Shown: positions 10,911-20,973, counted from the stretch's first letter. The stretch: DNA of 60,895 bases from Eubacteriales bacterium (GCA_030527365.1 JAUNAX010000001.1:1-60895), one strand, 5' to 3'. The notes: generated by a model not told the origin, from the sequence alone. Program-made: numbers and translations.

Positions 10911-12226
10911 TGTTTGAGACTCTCAAAAATGTTTTCAGAGTGAAAGAAATGAGACGCAAGCTGCTGTTTGTACTGTGGATGATCTTTGTTATCCGTATCG
11001 GTTCTCAGCTTCCGGTTCCGGGAGTAGATACGGATTTCTTTAAAGATTGGTTTGCACAGAACTCCGGTGACGCATTCAACTTTTTTGATGCGTTTACCGG
11101 TGGCTCTTTTACTCAGATGTCAATCTTTGCATTGAACATTACCCCTTATATCACTTCTTCTATTATCATGCAGCTTCTTACTATTGCCATTCCGGCACTG
11201 GAAGAAATGCACAGAGACGGAGAAGAGGGAAGAAAGAAAATCACAGCAATTACACGTTATGTGACAGTTGGTCTGGCGCTTTTTGAATCTACTGCTATGG
11301 CAATCGGATTCGGACGTCAGGGACTGATTCCGGATATGGATTTCTTAAAAGGTGCAGTCGTAGTTGTCTGCCTTACAGCAGGCTCTGCAATGCTGATGTG
11401 GATTGGCGAGCGTATTACAGAAAAAGGTGTTGGAAATGGTATTTCCATCGTTCTTACTGTAAACATCGTTTCCCGTATCCCTAGCGATATTGCACTTCTT
11501 TATGAGAACTTCATCAAAGGAAAAACAATAGCAAAAGGACTTCTTGCAGGTGCGATTATCGCGGCAATTATCCTTGTGATTGTTGTATTTGTTCTTGTTC
11601 TTAACGGAGCAGAGAGAAGAATCCCGATTCAGTATTCCAAGAAAATGGTTGGAAGAAAGATGATGGGAGGACAGTCTGCAAGTATTCCTTTAAAAGTAAA
11701 TACAGCAGGCGTTATTCCGGTTATCTTTGCATCTTCTATTATGTCCGTTCCGACGATCATAGCACAGCTTATGCATAAAGGAAACGGAACTGGAATCGGA
11801 AGTGAGATTTTAAGAGGTCTTTCTTCAAATAACTGGTGCAATCCGAATCAGCTTCAGTATAGCTGGGGTCTGATCGTGTATATTGTTTTATGTGTTTTCT
11901 TCGCATATTTCTATACCTCCATTACATTTAACCCTCTGGAGGTTGCAGACAATATTAAGAAACAGGGCGGTTTCATTCCTGGTATCCGTCCGGGAAAACC
12001 AACCTCAGATTATTTGACGAAGATTTTAAATTATATTATATTTATAGGTGTAGTGGGTCTGATGATCGTTGCGATTATTCCGTTCTTCTTTAACGGAGTA
12101 TTTGGAGCAAATGTTTCCTTCGGTGGTACATCTATCATTATTATTGTAGGTGTTATCCTCGAGACAGTGAAACAGATTGAATCCCAGTTACTTGTACGCA
12201 ATTACAAAGGATTCCTGAACAACTAA
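10910..12226 (+). CDS. secY: Preprotein translocase subunit SecY
   Basis: SIFALNITPYIT, GNGIS, IPGIRPG, GGTSIIIIVGV. Confidence 0.99.
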   Translation: MFETLKNVFRVKEMRRKLLFVLWMIFVIRIGSQLPVPGVDTDFFKDWFAQNSGDAFNFFDAFTGGSFTQMSIFALNITPYITSSIIMQLLTIAIPALEEMHRDGEEGRKKITAITRYVTVGLALFESTAMAIGFGRQGLIPDMDFLKGAVVVVCLTAGSAMLMWIGERITEKGVGNGISIVLTVNIVSRIPSDIALLYENFIKGKTIAKGLLAGAIIAAIILVIVVFVLVLNGAERRIPIQYSKKMVGRKMMGGQSASIPLKVNTAGVIPVIFASSIMSVPTIIAQLMHKGNGTGIGSEILRGLSSNNWCNPNQLQYSWGLIVYIVLCVFFAYFYTSITFNPLEVADNIKKQGGFIPGIRPGKPTSDYLTKILNYIIFIGVVGLMIVAIIPFFFNGVFGANVSFGGTSIIIIVGVILETVKQIESQLLVRNYKGFLNN

Positions 12227-12340
12227 AAAAAGAAAGGCAGAGGTGCTGGCACCAAAACCTTGAAAAAACATACAGAAGAGTTGCCAGAGGCAAGTCTTCT
12301 GTATTTGCTACACAAGAAAAATAAAACGGAGGGTATGACT

Positions 12341-12985
12341 ATGAGAATTATTATGTTGGGTGCGCCAGGAGCCGGAAAAGGTACACAGGCAAAAAAAATT
12401 GCTGAGAAATATGGAATTCCACATATTTCCACAGGAGATATTTTCCGTGCCAACATCAAAAACGGCACAGAGCTTGGCAAAAAAGCAAAAACCTACATGG
12501 ATCAGGGTCTTCTTGTTCCAGATGAATTGACCTGTGACTTAGTAGTAGACAGAATTCAGCAGGAAGACGCTGTAAACGGATATGTATTGGATGGTTTCCC
12601 AAGAACAATTCCACAGGCAGAATGTCTTACAGAGGCTTTAAATAAGCTTGACAGTAAAATTGATTTTGCCATTGATGTAAATGTTCCGGATGAAAATATT
12701 GTAAACCGTATGTCAGGAAGAAGAGCATGTTTAAAATGCGGAGCTACTTACCACGTTGTATATGCTTCTCCAAAAGCAGAAGGAATTTGTGATACATGTG
12801 GAGAAGCTCTTGTTCTTCGTGAAGATGACAAGCCGGAAACTGTACAGAAGCGCTTAAATGTATACCATGAGCAGACACAGCCGCTTATTGATTATTATAC
12901 AAAACAGGGCGTATTAAAAACAGTTGACGGAACAAAAAATCTGGAAGAAGTATTCCAGGAAATTGTTTCCATTCTCGGCGAATAA
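12341..12985 (+). CDS. adk: Adenylate kinase (Zn-binding LID)
   Basis: [15 protein letters not shown], CxxC...CxxC LID; start ATG 12341 after GGAGG. Confidence 0.98.
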   Translation: MRIIMLGAPGAGKGTQAKKIAEKYGIPHISTGDIFRANIKNGTELGKKAKTYMDQGLLVPDELTCDLVVDRIQQEDAVNGYVLDGFPRTIPQAECLTEALNKLDSKIDFAIDVNVPDENIVNRMSGRRACLKCGATYHVVYASPKAEGICDTCGEALVLREDDKPETVQKRLNVYHEQTQPLIDYYTKQGVLKTVDGTKNLEEVFQEIVSILGE

Positions 12986-12999
12986 GAATGAGGAGAGCT

Positions 13000-13755
13000 A
13001 TGTCAGTTTCTATTAAGACAGAGCATGAAATTGCCCTTATGAGAGAGGCAGGTCATTTACTGGAAAAAGTCCATGATGGCCTGATTCCATATATTAAACC
13101 GGGAGTCAGTACAAAAGAGCTGGATCGTATCGGAGAAGATATGATCCGTTCCCTTGGCTGTGTTCCCAATTTCTTAAACTACGGAGGATTTCCGGGTTCT
13201 TTCTGTATCAGCTTAAATGATGAAGTGGTACACGGAATCCCCTCTGAAGAGAAAATTATTCAGGACGGCGATCTTGTAAAAATTGATGCCGGTCTGATAT
13301 ACAAAGGATACCATTCTGATGCTGCGCGTACTTACGCAGTAGGGGAGGTTTCTCCGGAGGCAAAAAGCCTTATGGAGGTAACAAAGCAGTGCTTCTTTGA
13401 AGGGCTGAAAGCTGCGAAGGCAGGAAATCACTTAAATGATATTTCCAAGGCAATCGGAGCTTACGCTGCAAAGTATCGTTACGGGATTGTCCGCGATCTG
13501 GTAGGACACGGAATCGGAACACATCTTCATGAAGATCCCCAGATCCCGAATTTTCCTCAGAAAAGAAGAGGAATCCGTCTGATGCCGGGCATGACACTTG
13601 CTGTAGAGCCTATGATTAATCTTGGACGTGCAGATGTGGCATGGCTGGACGATGAATGGACAGTAGTAACTATGGACGGTTCGCTGTCTGCTCATTATGA
13701 AAACACCATTCTGATTACAGATGGTGAACCAGAAATTCTGACCCTTACGAAATAA
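13000..13755 (+). CDS. map: Type I methionine aminopeptidase
   Basis: NDEVVHGIP, GHGIG..LHE, AVEPM, SAHYENT. Confidence 0.97.
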   Translation: MSVSIKTEHEIALMREAGHLLEKVHDGLIPYIKPGVSTKELDRIGEDMIRSLGCVPNFLNYGGFPGSFCISLNDEVVHGIPSEEKIIQDGDLVKIDAGLIYKGYHSDAARTYAVGEVSPEAKSLMEVTKQCFFEGLKAAKAGNHLNDISKAIGAYAAKYRYGIVRDLVGHGIGTHLHEDPQIPNFPQKRRGIRLMPGMTLAVEPMINLGRADVAWLDDEWTVVTMDGSLSAHYENTILITDGEPEILTLTK

Positions 13756-13782
13756 AATAAGGAATGACTATGGAGGTTAAAA

Positions 13783-14001
13783 ATGTCAAAAGCAGATGTA
13801 ATTGAAGTGGAAGGCACAGTTCTTGAGAAACTGCCTAACGCAATGTTTAAAGTGGAACTGGAGAACAAGCATGTGGTCCTTGCACATATCAGCGGGAAAT
13901 TACGAATGAACTTCATCCGTATCCTTCCGGGAGATAAGGTTACAATCGAACTTTCTCCATATGACCTGTCTAAAGGCAGAATTATCTGGAGAGATAAATA
14001 A
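13783..14001 (+). CDS. infA: Translation initiation factor IF-1
   Basis: [21 protein letters not shown]. Confidence 0.99.
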   Translation: MSKADVIEVEGTVLEKLPNAMFKVELENKHVVLAHISGKLRMNFIRILPGDKVTIELSPYDLSKGRIIWRDK

Positions 14002-14015
14002 AGAATAAGAACGCG

Positions 14016-14053
14016 AAACCGTTTTTCACAGAAATGTGGGAGACGGTTTTTTT
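14016..14053 (+). terminator. Intrinsic terminator ending the S10-spc transcript
   Basis: AAACCGTTTTTCACA-GAAA-TGTGGGAGACGGTTT plus T tract. Confidence 0.8.
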
Positions 14054-14061
14054 GTCATTTC

Positions 14062-14090
14062 TTGCGAACCGTTCTATTCTGGTGTATAAT
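14062..14090 (+). promoter_or_regulatory. sigmaA promoter of the DUF5717 operon
   Basis: TTGCGA-17bp-TATAAT. Confidence 0.75.
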
Positions 14091-14137
14091 TATTTACAGA
14101 GACGAAACAAATTTTGCAAGGGCGTAAGGTGAAGAAT

Positions 14138-17100
14138 TTGAAGAAAAAAATCGAACAGCTTTTAAGCGGAAAATTTGAATATGAGCAGCCACAGCTTCTT
14201 TTTTCCAAGGAGAAACTTTCTATTGTGCTAAAAGCAGGGGAAATAAAGAAGGGCGAGCTGTATTTTGGAACAGAGGATAATCAGAAAATAAGAGGCTATA
14301 TTACATCATCAGACAGGCGGTTTGTTCCCGGATTTGACCGTTTTTCAGGAACTACAGTCTGCCTGCCATATGGTGTGGACGGAACCGGCATGGAACAGGG
14401 AGACAGCTTAAAAGGCTGGCTCTGCTTTACAACAAACATCGGAGAATATAAACTTGCCTTTGAGATTATCATAGAAAAGAAGCAGGTACAGAGCACAGTA
14501 GGAACTATCAGAAACATAGACGAATTCTCTGAAATTGCCAAAGAGGATTTCCGTGAGGCGTACCGCCTTTTTACAGATAAAAATTTCGGTTCCATTTTGA
14601 AAGAGGAATCAAAAGAAATCCAGGCACTTTATAAGGGAATGGCAAGGCAGCCGGTCACTTATCAGCATCTCGAGGAATTTCTCGTAAGTACGGGGAAAAA
14701 AGAGAAGGTTTCTATTTCTCTGAAAAAAGAGAAAGACGAATTTTATGAGGTGGATCAGTCTGTAAAAGAGTCATTCACAATGATAAGAAGCGGCTGGGGA
14801 CATCTTCGCCTTGATGTGGAGACAGAGGGAGAATTTCTCGAAACAGAGAAGAAAGTCATTACGGAAGAAGATTTTATCGGCAGTTTTTATGATCTGGATT
14901 ATGTAATTCGAAAAGAAAAGCTTGGAAAAGGCGTTCAGTACGGGGAAATCCGTATCAGAAGCCCGTATCAGGAGCTTGTATATACCATTGCGGCGTCAAG
15001 GACAGGGAAAGCGCAGGTAAATGTCCGCACAGGAGAAAAAAAGGAACGTCTGAAATTGATGGAAGCTTATCTTTCCTGGCGCTGCGGACAACAAGAAAAG
15101 AAAGCCTGGATTGAAGAAAGCCTTGAAAATCTGAGCAGCCTGAAAGAAAAGGGGCTTGATTATCCGGAATATCAGATTTATGAAGCCTACCTTCTCCATC
15201 TGGACAACAGAGATGAGGAGGCAAACAAGATTCTCGTAAAATACCAGAATAAATCCTTTACAAAAGAAGATCTGGAGCTTGCTGGCGGATTTTTGTATAT
15301 ATGCACTCTTACAGGTCTTTATAAAGATAAAATGCAGGCGCTTCGAAAAATACAGAACTTCTATATGCAGAAGGGAGACAGCTTCTGGCTTCTCTGTGTG
15401 CTTCAGAAAATGGATCCGGAAATAAAAGCTTCTCCGTCAAAAAGTCTGTTTCTTATGGAGGAGCAGTTTGAGAGAGGCTGTAAAAATCCGCTTCTGTATC
15501 TGGAGGCGTGGGAGTGTATCTCAAAAGATATGACGCTTCTTCACAGGATCACAGGATTCTGGACACAGGTATTTCTGTTCGCAGGAAAAAGAGGGATTCT
15601 TACAGAAGAGCTTACCATGCGCTTTGCGTATTTATCAGGATACGAAAAAAGCTATAATGAGAGTATGTACCGGGCTCTGGCTATGGGCTGCGATGCCTTT
15701 CCTTCCCAGGATACGCTGGAAGCAGTATGTAAATACATTATGAAAGGAAATCCAAGAAGGCAGGAATATTTTAAGTGGTTTTCTATGGCTGTGGAGCAGG
15801 GACTTCGCATTACACGGCTCTATGAATATTATGTGGAAACGATGGATACTTCCTATCAGAGAACGCTTCCAAAGCCTCTCCTTATGTATTTTACATATAA
15901 TAACAACAATCTGGGAGATGCGAGAAAAGCCTTTATTTATGCGGGTGTGACTGCAAATAAAGAAAGAGAACCCCAGACATTTGAGAGCTATCGGGAAAAT
16001 ATGAAAGCGTTTGCAGCACAAAAGCTCCGGGAAGGCAGGATCAATGAAAATTATGCGGTGCTTTATCAGGAGTTTTTAAGCCACCCGAAAACAGGAGAGG
16101 AAGGAAAACTTCTTGCAGCCCGTATGTTTACAAATCGTCTGTATTGTGATGACAGAAAGATACGAAGCGTGATCGTGCGCCACAGCCAGCTCGACAGGGA
16201 GGAGGTATATCCGCTTGTACAGGGTGTTGCATATCCGAGAATTTATACAGAGGACGCAGCCATTCTGTTTCAGGATGAAAAGCAGCGCCGCTACTGTTCC
16301 ACCATTGATTACAATATGAAAAAACTGATGGATGAGCGGGAAATGCTTTCTTCAGTCCTTCACTGCGGCGTGTCAGAGCCGGGAGTGCTTCTTCATTACT
16401 GCGAGCATAATGAAATCACGAGAGAAAATCTTTCTGTATTTTTAAAGCTGGTAAAAAATGAGGCGTTTGCGAAGGATTATATTGAGACAGTCCGAAGAAA
16501 AATCCTGGATTATTATGCAGAGCATATCCACGGAGAGGATTTAGATGATTATTTAAGAAATATGGATTTCCGTGCCTATGCGGCAGTTGATAAAAAGACG
16601 CTTCTGGAAATTCTGATTTCAAGACGTTTTTTCCCGCAGGCAATGGGAATTGTGGAGGAATTTGGATTTGAAGGACTCGATAAAAGAGATTTGTTAAAGC
16701 TCACAAGCCGTATGATTTTAAGATGCGACGGAGCGGAAGATGAGGAACTTTTATCTCTGTCCTCTGAGGTTTACAGAAGCGGAATATATGACGAGGTAAT
16801 TTTACAATATCTTATGAAATACCGGTTCGGACCTGTGGAAGAGCTTTTAGCTATATGGAAAAGTGCCAAAGGCTTTGAGATGGATACTTATGAGCTTGAA
16901 GAAAAGATATTAAGTCTTCTGATGTTTACAGAGGATTACCGCAAAGAGGGAGAGGCAGTTCTTGAAGCATATGTAAAGCATAGCGGAAAAGAAAGGATTA
17001 TCGGTTCTTATCTTACACAGGTGGCATACGGGATTTTTGTGAAAGAATACCCGATGAGTGAATTTGTATACCAGTGTCTGGAGAATGCTTATGTGAAGAA

Positions 17101-17677
17101 ATGGCCGGTGAACAGAGTCTGCCGTCTGGCGCTGTTTCTGGGGCTTTCCAGAGAGAAAAATCAGGACGGGCAGATTGTGGATATGGAGCGGGAGCTTTTG
17201 AAAGAATGTATGAAAGAGGATATGACCTTTGCCTTTTTCCACAGACTTTCCCCTTCTCTTTTGGAGCCATACCAGCTTGACGATAAGACCTTTGTGGAAT
17301 ATCATGCAGCTCCGGAGGAAGAAGTGACACTGTTCTATGCCATTGATACAGGCCTTGGCGGAGAGCTTAAATATAAGAGAGAGCCTCTTCGAAATGTATA
17401 TGAAGGAATCTGTACAAAGACGTTTACCCTGTTTTATGGGGAAACGCTCCACTATTATTTCCAGGTGGAGGGAAAAGGAGAGACAAGGAAAACGAAGGAG
17501 AGAGTTCTCACCATGAGCAGTACAGAGGGTATTCCTGTGAGCAAGTATCAGATGATCAACCAGATCCTCTCTGCCAGACGTCTTGATAAGGAGAGGGAAG
17601 TTCTCTCAAAGATGATGCAGTATCAGAGGCAGGAGCGGTATGTAAAAGAAATGTTTCAGATTGACAAAGATATATAA
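14138..17677 (+). CDS. DUF5717-like large protein (two N-terminal Ig/BACON-like beta domains, long helical region, C-terminal beta domain)
   Basis: ~1180 aa with no signal peptide. Resembles the Lachnospiraceae DUF5717 family from memory. Start uncertain (TTG 14114, GTG 14129 or TTG 14138 after AAGGTG). Confidence 0.7.
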   Translation: MKKKIEQLLSGKFEYEQPQLLFSKEKLSIVLKAGEIKKGELYFGTEDNQKIRGYITSSDRRFVPGFDRFSGTTVCLPYGVDGTGMEQGDSLKGWLCFTTNIGEYKLAFEIIIEKKQVQSTVGTIRNIDEFSEIAKEDFREAYRLFTDKNFGSILKEESKEIQALYKGMARQPVTYQHLEEFLVSTGKKEKVSISLKKEKDEFYEVDQSVKESFTMIRSGWGHLRLDVETEGEFLETEKKVITEEDFIGSFYDLDYVIRKEKLGKGVQYGEIRIRSPYQELVYTIAASRTGKAQVNVRTGEKKERLKLMEAYLSWRCGQQEKKAWIEESLENLSSLKEKGLDYPEYQIYEAYLLHLDNRDEEANKILVKYQNKSFTKEDLELAGGFLYICTLTGLYKDKMQALRKIQNFYMQKGDSFWLLCVLQKMDPEIKASPSKSLFLMEEQFERGCKNPLLYLEAWECISKDMTLLHRITGFWTQVFLFAGKRGILTEELTMRFAYLSGYEKSYNESMYRALAMGCDAFPSQDTLEAVCKYIMKGNPRRQEYFKWFSMAVEQGLRITRLYEYYVETMDTSYQRTLPKPLLMYFTYNNNNLGDARKAFIYAGVTANKEREPQTFESYRENMKAFAAQKLREGRINENYAVLYQEFLSHPKTGEEGKLLAARMFTNRLYCDDRKIRSVIVRHSQLDREEVYPLVQGVAYPRIYTEDAAILFQDEKQRRYCSTIDYNMKKLMDEREMLSSVLHCGVSEPGVLLHYCEHNEITRENLSVFLKLVKNEAFAKDYIETVRRKILDYYAEHIHGEDLDDYLRNMDFRAYAAVDKKTLLEILISRRFFPQAMGIVEEFGFEGLDKRDLLKLTSRMILRCDGAEDEELLSLSSEVYRSGIYDEVILQYLMKYRFGPVEELLAIWKSAKGFEMDTYELEEKILSLLMFTEDYRKEGEAVLEAYVKHSGKERIIGSYLTQVAYGIFVKEYPMSEFVYQCLENAYVKKWPVNRVCRLALFLGLSREKNQDGQIVDMERELLKECMKEDMTFAFFHRLSPSLLEPYQLDDKTFVEYHAAPEEEVTLFYAIDTGLGGELKYKREPLRNVYEGICTKTFTLFYGETLHYYFQVEGKGETRKTKERVLTMSSTEGIPVSKYQMINQILSARRLDKEREVLSKMMQYQRQERYVKEMFQIDKDI

Positions 17678-17691
17678 AAAGGAAGCACAAA

Positions 17692-18939
17692 ATGAACGAA
17701 ATTCGTGACCTGATTATTGGAATAGATTTTGGAAAAGAATATACGCAGCTCTGCTATTATGACAGAAAAGGGGAAGAACCGCGCTCTCTTACCATGAAGG
17801 TGGGAACAAGCCAGTATGAAGCTCCAACCTGTCTTTGCTGGCGAGTAGAGCAGAAGGACTACTGTGTGGGGCTTGAGGCAGAGTATTTTGCAAGAGAAAA
17901 AGGAGGCGTTCTCATAGATCGCCTTTACGAAATTGTGGAAAAAGAAGAAAACGTACAGATTTGCGGGGAACAGAGAGAACCCTGGGAACTTCTTGCCGGA
18001 TTTTTAAATGGAATGCTCAAGTTCCTGGGAGTGATGGACATTGTAAAAAATACAAAATGTCTTGTGATCACTGCGCCTTCCATTCATAGAACACAGGTAA
18101 AAAATTTCCGGAAAGCATGTGAATATCTGGGATTTCCGGAAGAAAAATATATGATGATGGATTATGGGGAAAGCTTTTATTATTATGCTATGACCCAGAA
18201 GAGGGAAACATGGAACAGAAGCGTTGCGTGGTACGCATTTAAAGGAAAGCACGTGACCTTCCGAAAACTTACCATTCAGCCGTCAGTCAAGCCTGCTCTT
18301 GTGAAACTGGAAGAGCCGGAGGAGACAAAGCTTTCCGGAGACGGGGAGATGCTTGACGATTCTTTCTGCCGCTTTATCGGAAAAACGTTAGGCGCAGAGC
18401 TTTTTTCCAGCATACAGATTACAGGAGACGGCTTTGACCAGCAGTGGGCACAGCAGTCTGTAAAAATGCTCTGTTTTCAGAAGAGAAAAGTCTTTTACGG
18501 AAATAATCTTTTTGCAAAAGGCGCGTGTGCTGCAGGAAAAGAAAAGCTTGAGGATAAACGCCTCCGTGGATACCGCTATTTAAGCGATTCAGTTGTTTTG
18601 ACAGAGGTGGGAATGGATATGCGGGTGATGGGGTCTCCTGCGTATTATCCGCTTATTACAGGCGGTAAGAACTGGTATGAATGCAAGGGAAGCTGCGAGC
18701 TGATCCTTGACGATACGAAAGAGCTTGTTTTTGTTGTGGGACATCTTGGGGAAACGGAGAAAAAACGGGTTTCCATGCAGCTTCCAGGTCTTCCGAAACG
18801 CCCCAATAAGACAACACGCCTTCTTGTAGAGCTTTCCTATGTATCACGGAAAGAATGCAGGATTACGGTAAAGGACCTTGGCTTTGGAGAGATGTATCCA
18901 AGCAGCAATAAGGTGTGGGAAGAATCCACACAGTGGTAG
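17692..18939 (+). CDS. DUF5716-like protein; degenerate Hsp70/DnaK-like actin-fold protein
   Basis: IIGIDFG, VITAP, IQITGDG, FAKGACAAG, LPGLPKRP, ITVKDLGFG are colinear with DnaK motifs. Confidence 0.7.
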   Translation: MNEIRDLIIGIDFGKEYTQLCYYDRKGEEPRSLTMKVGTSQYEAPTCLCWRVEQKDYCVGLEAEYFAREKGGVLIDRLYEIVEKEENVQICGEQREPWELLAGFLNGMLKFLGVMDIVKNTKCLVITAPSIHRTQVKNFRKACEYLGFPEEKYMMMDYGESFYYYAMTQKRETWNRSVAWYAFKGKHVTFRKLTIQPSVKPALVKLEEPEETKLSGDGEMLDDSFCRFIGKTLGAELFSSIQITGDGFDQQWAQQSVKMLCFQKRKVFYGNNLFAKGACAAGKEKLEDKRLRGYRYLSDSVVLTEVGMDMRVMGSPAYYPLITGGKNWYECKGSCELILDDTKELVFVVGHLGETEKKRVSMQLPGLPKRPNKTTRLLVELSYVSRKECRITVKDLGFGEMYPSSNKVWEESTQW

Positions 18940-18951
18940 AGGAGGAAGAAC

Positions 18952-19734
18952 ATGAGCAGCTACATTCTATGCCAGACAAAAAAGGCGGAAAAGCCATATT
19001 ATATTGAGAATATCAGCACTAATATTTATTCCATAGAGGAGCTTTGTTATTACCTGTACCACAATCTTTATCTGATCGATTCCACGATCATCAATGAAGG
19101 ACTGTGTAAATGGCTGGAGGAGGAACTGGAGCTTACAAGGCTTGCGGCAAAGTTGCGCCCGTACCTTGGAAAATTTGCAGGTGTGGAGGATGTTTTATAT
19201 CCTGTTTTTAAAGAAATTAATTATCTGACTTACGAAGAGCTTCGTGAGCTGAACGGAAAGATCGCAAAGCTGAATAAAGAAGAGCTTCCTGTGCGGGAAA
19301 AGAAAAAGGGAGATGCTCTTGTGGAAAACGGAATGTATGTAAATGCCATTCACGTTTATCAGAAGCTTCTGGAATGCAGTGAAAGATTAAAGGGGCAGCC
19401 GGAGCTTACAGAGAGTATATACCACAATTTAGGATGCGCTTACAGCTATCTGTTTCAGATGGAAAAAGCGCAGGAATATTTCCAGAAGGCATATGAGGTG
19501 AGTAACAGTGAAAAAGAGATAAAGACGTATCTTCTGGCATATAAAAGTCTTCATACGCCGAAGGAGTATGAGAGCAGAGTAAAGGAACTTCAGCCGGGAG
19601 AAACGGTTTTAAAAGAAGTAAAAGAAACCATTGCACATTTTGAAAGAGTGCCGGAAAACAAGATCAGCGCCGGAGACATTGATAAAATGCTGGAAGGTTT
19701 TATAAAAGAATATCACAGGAGCACAGGCGCCTGA
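18952..19734 (+). CDS. TPR-containing protein
   Basis: TPR-like units KGDALVENGMYVNAIHVYQKLL and YHNLGCAYSYLFQMEKAQEYFQKAY. Confidence 0.7.
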   Translation: MSSYILCQTKKAEKPYYIENISTNIYSIEELCYYLYHNLYLIDSTIINEGLCKWLEEELELTRLAAKLRPYLGKFAGVEDVLYPVFKEINYLTYEELRELNGKIAKLNKEELPVREKKKGDALVENGMYVNAIHVYQKLLECSERLKGQPELTESIYHNLGCAYSYLFQMEKAQEYFQKAYEVSNSEKEIKTYLLAYKSLHTPKEYESRVKELQPGETVLKEVKETIAHFERVPENKISAGDIDKMLEGFIKEYHRSTGA

Positions 19735-19747
19735 GAAAGGTGGAAAA

Positions 19748-20953
19748 ATGCAGAAACGGATTATTTTTCACATAGATGTAAATTCTGCTTTTTTATCCTG
19801 GGAGTCTGTATACAGAATGGAGGTCCTTCATGAAACAGTGGACCTCCGAACCATTCCCTCAGCCATTGGGGGAGACGAAAAAAAGCGTCGCGGCGTAATT
19901 CTTGCAAAGTCCATTCCTGCCAAAGCCTTTGGGGTGCGGACAGGAGAGAGTATTATGGAAGCCAGGAAGAAATGTCCGGCGCTTTCTCTCGTACCTGCAA
20001 ATCATGAGTTATACAGACAGAAATCCAGAGAATTTATTGAGCTTTTGAAGGAGTATTCCCCTGATGTGGAGCAGTATTCCATTGACGAGGCATTTGTGGA
20101 TATGACAGGAATGCAGGTGCTGTTCGGGGAGCCTTTAGAGGCAGCGGATAAGATACGAAAAAGGATTAAGGAGGAACTTGGTTTTACCGTAAATATTGGA
20201 ATTTCCGAAAACAAGTATCTTGCAAAAATGGCATCGGACTTTGAAAAGCCGGATAAGGTACATACCTTGTTTCCAGATGAAATTCAGAAAAAAATGTGGC
20301 CGCTTCCTGTTGGAGACCTTCTTTTTGTGGGAAAGGCTACTGTAAAGAAGCTGGAAAAAATGGGAATCCAGACCATAGGACAGCTTGCAGCCTGTGATAA
20401 AGAGCTTTTAAAAGAAAATTTAAAGAAGCAGGGAGAGAGCATCTGGAATTTTGCAAACGGGATTGATTTTTCCCTTGTACAGCCTGTTCCGGAACGAAAC
20501 AAAGGGTATGGCAACAGCACAACCATAAGTTTTGATGTGACTGACGGAGAAGCTGCGAAAACCGTTCTTTTGGCTCTTGCTGAGTCTGTAGGCTCACGGC
20601 TTCGTGCAGACGGTGTAAAAATCCAGGTGGTAAGCGTTACCATTAAGGATAACCAGCTTCGTAAAATGTCTCATCAGATGGTTCTGGATTCTGCTACGGA
20701 TATTACAAATGAAATTTATCTTTCTGCCTGCCGCCTTTTTGAAGAACTGTGGGACGGACGCCCCATTCGTCTTCTGGGGATTCAGACAAGCAGGACAAAG
20801 GAGGAAGAAGCAAGACAGTTCTCGCTGTTTGATGAAGAGACCGGATATGAAAAATGGGAACAGATGGACCATGCAGTTGACGAAATACGGAAAAAATTTG
20901 GCAAAGATGCTGTAAAACGGGCTGCTTTTCTTAAAACCTCCCTTGATGAATGA
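19748..20953 (+). CDS. dinB: DNA polymerase IV (Y family)
   Basis: IFHIDVNSAF, YSIDEAFVD, LAKMASDFEKPD, IRLLGI. Confidence 0.93.
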   Translation: MQKRIIFHIDVNSAFLSWESVYRMEVLHETVDLRTIPSAIGGDEKKRRGVILAKSIPAKAFGVRTGESIMEARKKCPALSLVPANHELYRQKSREFIELLKEYSPDVEQYSIDEAFVDMTGMQVLFGEPLEAADKIRKRIKEELGFTVNIGISENKYLAKMASDFEKPDKVHTLFPDEIQKKMWPLPVGDLLFVGKATVKKLEKMGIQTIGQLAACDKELLKENLKKQGESIWNFANGIDFSLVQPVPERNKGYGNSTTISFDVTDGEAAKTVLLALAESVGSRLRADGVKIQVVSVTIKDNQLRKMSHQMVLDSATDITNEIYLSACRLFEELWDGRPIRLLGIQTSRTKEEEARQFSLFDEETGYEKWEQMDHAVDEIRKKFGKDAVKRAAFLKTSLDE

Positions 20954-20973
20954 GGAAAATGACGCTTCGGGTA

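Noticed and set aside
14064-14079. GAACCGTTC near the DUF5717/dinB promoter as a LexA box
   Set aside because: Spacing is GAAC-N1-GTTC rather than the Firmicute GAAC-N4-GTTC.
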